Below, in pieces: positions 62,215-64,000 of a stretch of 64,000 nucleotides of DNA. Within the stretch, counting starts at the first letter, position 1. Every line of letters starts with the position of its first letter. This stretch comes from Cetorhinus maximus (Eukaryota): positions 1 to 64,000 of the forward strand of contig NW_027597516.1 in the NCBI RefSeq assembly GCF_964194155.1, in the 5' to 3' direction. The position numbers and the translations under genes were made by a program. Below the pieces are notes generated by a model. It had not been told where the DNA came from. It saw only the letters and a list, made by a program, of their open reading frames with translations, and ran no database searches.

Positions 62215-64000
62215 CTTTTTTTTTATTCGTTCATGGGATGTGGGCATCACTGGCTAGGCCAGCATTTATTGCCAGTCCCTAGTTGCCCTTGAGAAGGTGG
62301 TGAGCTGCTTCTTGAACCACTGCAATCCATGTGGTGTAGGTACATCTATAGTGCTGTTTGGAAGGGAGACCCAGCAACAGTGAAGGAACGGAGATATATT
62401 TCCAAGTCAGGATGGTGAGTGGCTTGGAGGGGAACTTACAGGTAGTGATCTATCTGCTGCCCTTGTCCTTCTAGATGGTAGTAGCCATGGGCTTAGAAGG
62501 TGCTATCTCAGTGGCCTTGTTGAATTCCTGCAGTGCATCTTATAGATGGTACACACTGCTGCCACTGTGCGTCGGTGGTGGAGGGAGTGAATATTTATGG
62601 ATGTGGTGCCAATCAAGCGGGCTGCTTTGTCCTGGACAGTGTCAAGCTCCTTGAGTGTTGTGGGAGCTGCACTCATCCAACTAAGTAGGGAGTATTTCAT
62701 CACACTCCTGACTTGTGCCTTGAAGGTGGTGGACAGGCTTTGGGAGTCAGGAGATGAATTACCCACTGCAGGATTCCTAGCCTCTGACCTGGTTTTGTGG
62801 CCACAGTATCTAAATGGCTAGTCCAGTTCAGTTTCTGGTCAATGCTAACCCCCGGGATGTTAACAGTGGGGGATTCAGCGATGGTAATGCCATTGAATGT
62901 CGAGGGGCGATGGTTAGATTCTCTCTTGTTGGAGTGGATCATTGCCTGGCACTTGTGTGGCATGAATATTACTTGCTACTTGTCAGCCCAAGTCTGGATA
63001 TTGTCCAGGTCTTGCTGCATTTGGACATAGTATCACAGAATCACAGAACTGTTATGGTGCAGAAGGAGACCATTTGGCCCATCGTGTCTGCACCGGCTCT
63101 CTAAATGAGCATCATGACTTAATGCCATTCTCCTGTCTTTTCCCTATACCCTTGTACATTGTTTCTATTCAAATAATCATCTAATGCCCTCTTGAATGCC
63201 TCGACTGAACCTGCCTCCACCACACTACCGGGCAGTGCATTCCAGGTTTGAACCACTCACTGTGTGAAAAAGTTTTTTCTCATATCACATTTGCTTCATT
63301 TGCAAATCACTTTAAATCTGTGCCCCCTCGTTCTCGATCCTTTTACGAGCGGGAACAATTTCTCCCTATCTACTCTATCCAGCCCCTCATGATTTTGAAC
63401 ACCTCTATTAAATCTCCTCTTAGCCTTCTCCTCTCCAAGCAGAACAGTCCCAGCCTCTCCATTCTATCTTCAGAACTAAAGTTTCACATCCCTGGAACCG
63501 TTCTTGTAAACCTGTTCTGCACTCTCTCCAATGCATTCACACTATTCCTATAGTGTGGCACCCAGAACTGTATATACTCCAGCTGAGGTCTAGCTAGTGT
63601 CTTATATAAATTCAGCATAACCTCCCTGCTTTTGTACTCTATGCCCTTATTAATAAAGCCCAAGCTACTGTATGCTTTATTAACTGCTCTCTCTACCTGT
63701 CCTCCCACCTTCAACGATCTATGTACATATACATCCAGGTCCCTCTGGTCCTGCACCCCACATGGACTGCTTCAGTATCTGAGGAGTCATGAATGGTGCT
63801 GAACATTGTGCAATCATCAGCGAACATCCCCACTTCTGACCTTATGATGGAAAGAAGGTCATTGATGAAGCAGTTGAAGATGGTTGGGCCGAAGACACTA
63901 CCCTGAGGAACTCCTGTAGTGCTGTCTTAGAACTGAGATGATTGACCTCCAACGATCACAGCCATCTTTCTTTGTACTAGGTATGACTCCAACCAATGGA
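62215..64000 (-). mobile_element. CR1-group LINE (same family as 13451), interrupted by a CR1 and running off the window
   Basis: Minus-strand ORFs KAQVRSVMKYS..DKAARLIG and SNKRESNHRP..DQKLNW; T-run at the 3' end. Confidence 0.9.
63029..63759 (-). mobile_element. 5'-truncated CR1 nested in the 62215 LINE
   Basis: ORF QRDLDVYVHRSLKV..GIEYKSREVMLNLYKTL, (CACAGAAT)-type tail, and ACAT on both flanks. Confidence 0.88.

Overview
Vertebrate nuclear DNA, most likely from a cartilaginous fish (inferred from the CR1/L2/tRNA-SINE/Harbinger repeat landscape; not proven). Three host genes are present. (1) The last 10 coding exons of WDTC1 (+, 1896-35085); the 5' exons lie upstream of the window. (2) An intronless GC-rich 144-aa ORF (-, 39647-40081) homologous to TRNP1, whose core aligns without gaps to a syntaxin Qa-SNARE motif. 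(3) A complete 8-exon V-ATPase V0 subunit d gene (+, 42032-53558; 1056 nt, 351 aa) with mixed d1/d2 features in a WDTC1/TRNP1 neighbourhood, possibly a third vertebrate paralog. The remainder is mostly decayed transposons, often nested: CR1, L2 and RTE LINEs, a second CR1-group LINE with a tRNA-like head, tRNA-derived SINEs, solo LTRs, and Harbinger elements with a MITE. There are also several minisatellites. Exon boundaries were read by hand from GT/AG sites and reading frame. Protein comparisons are to human sequences recalled from memory, not database searches. Repeat boundaries are approximate unless TIRs or TSDs are stated.
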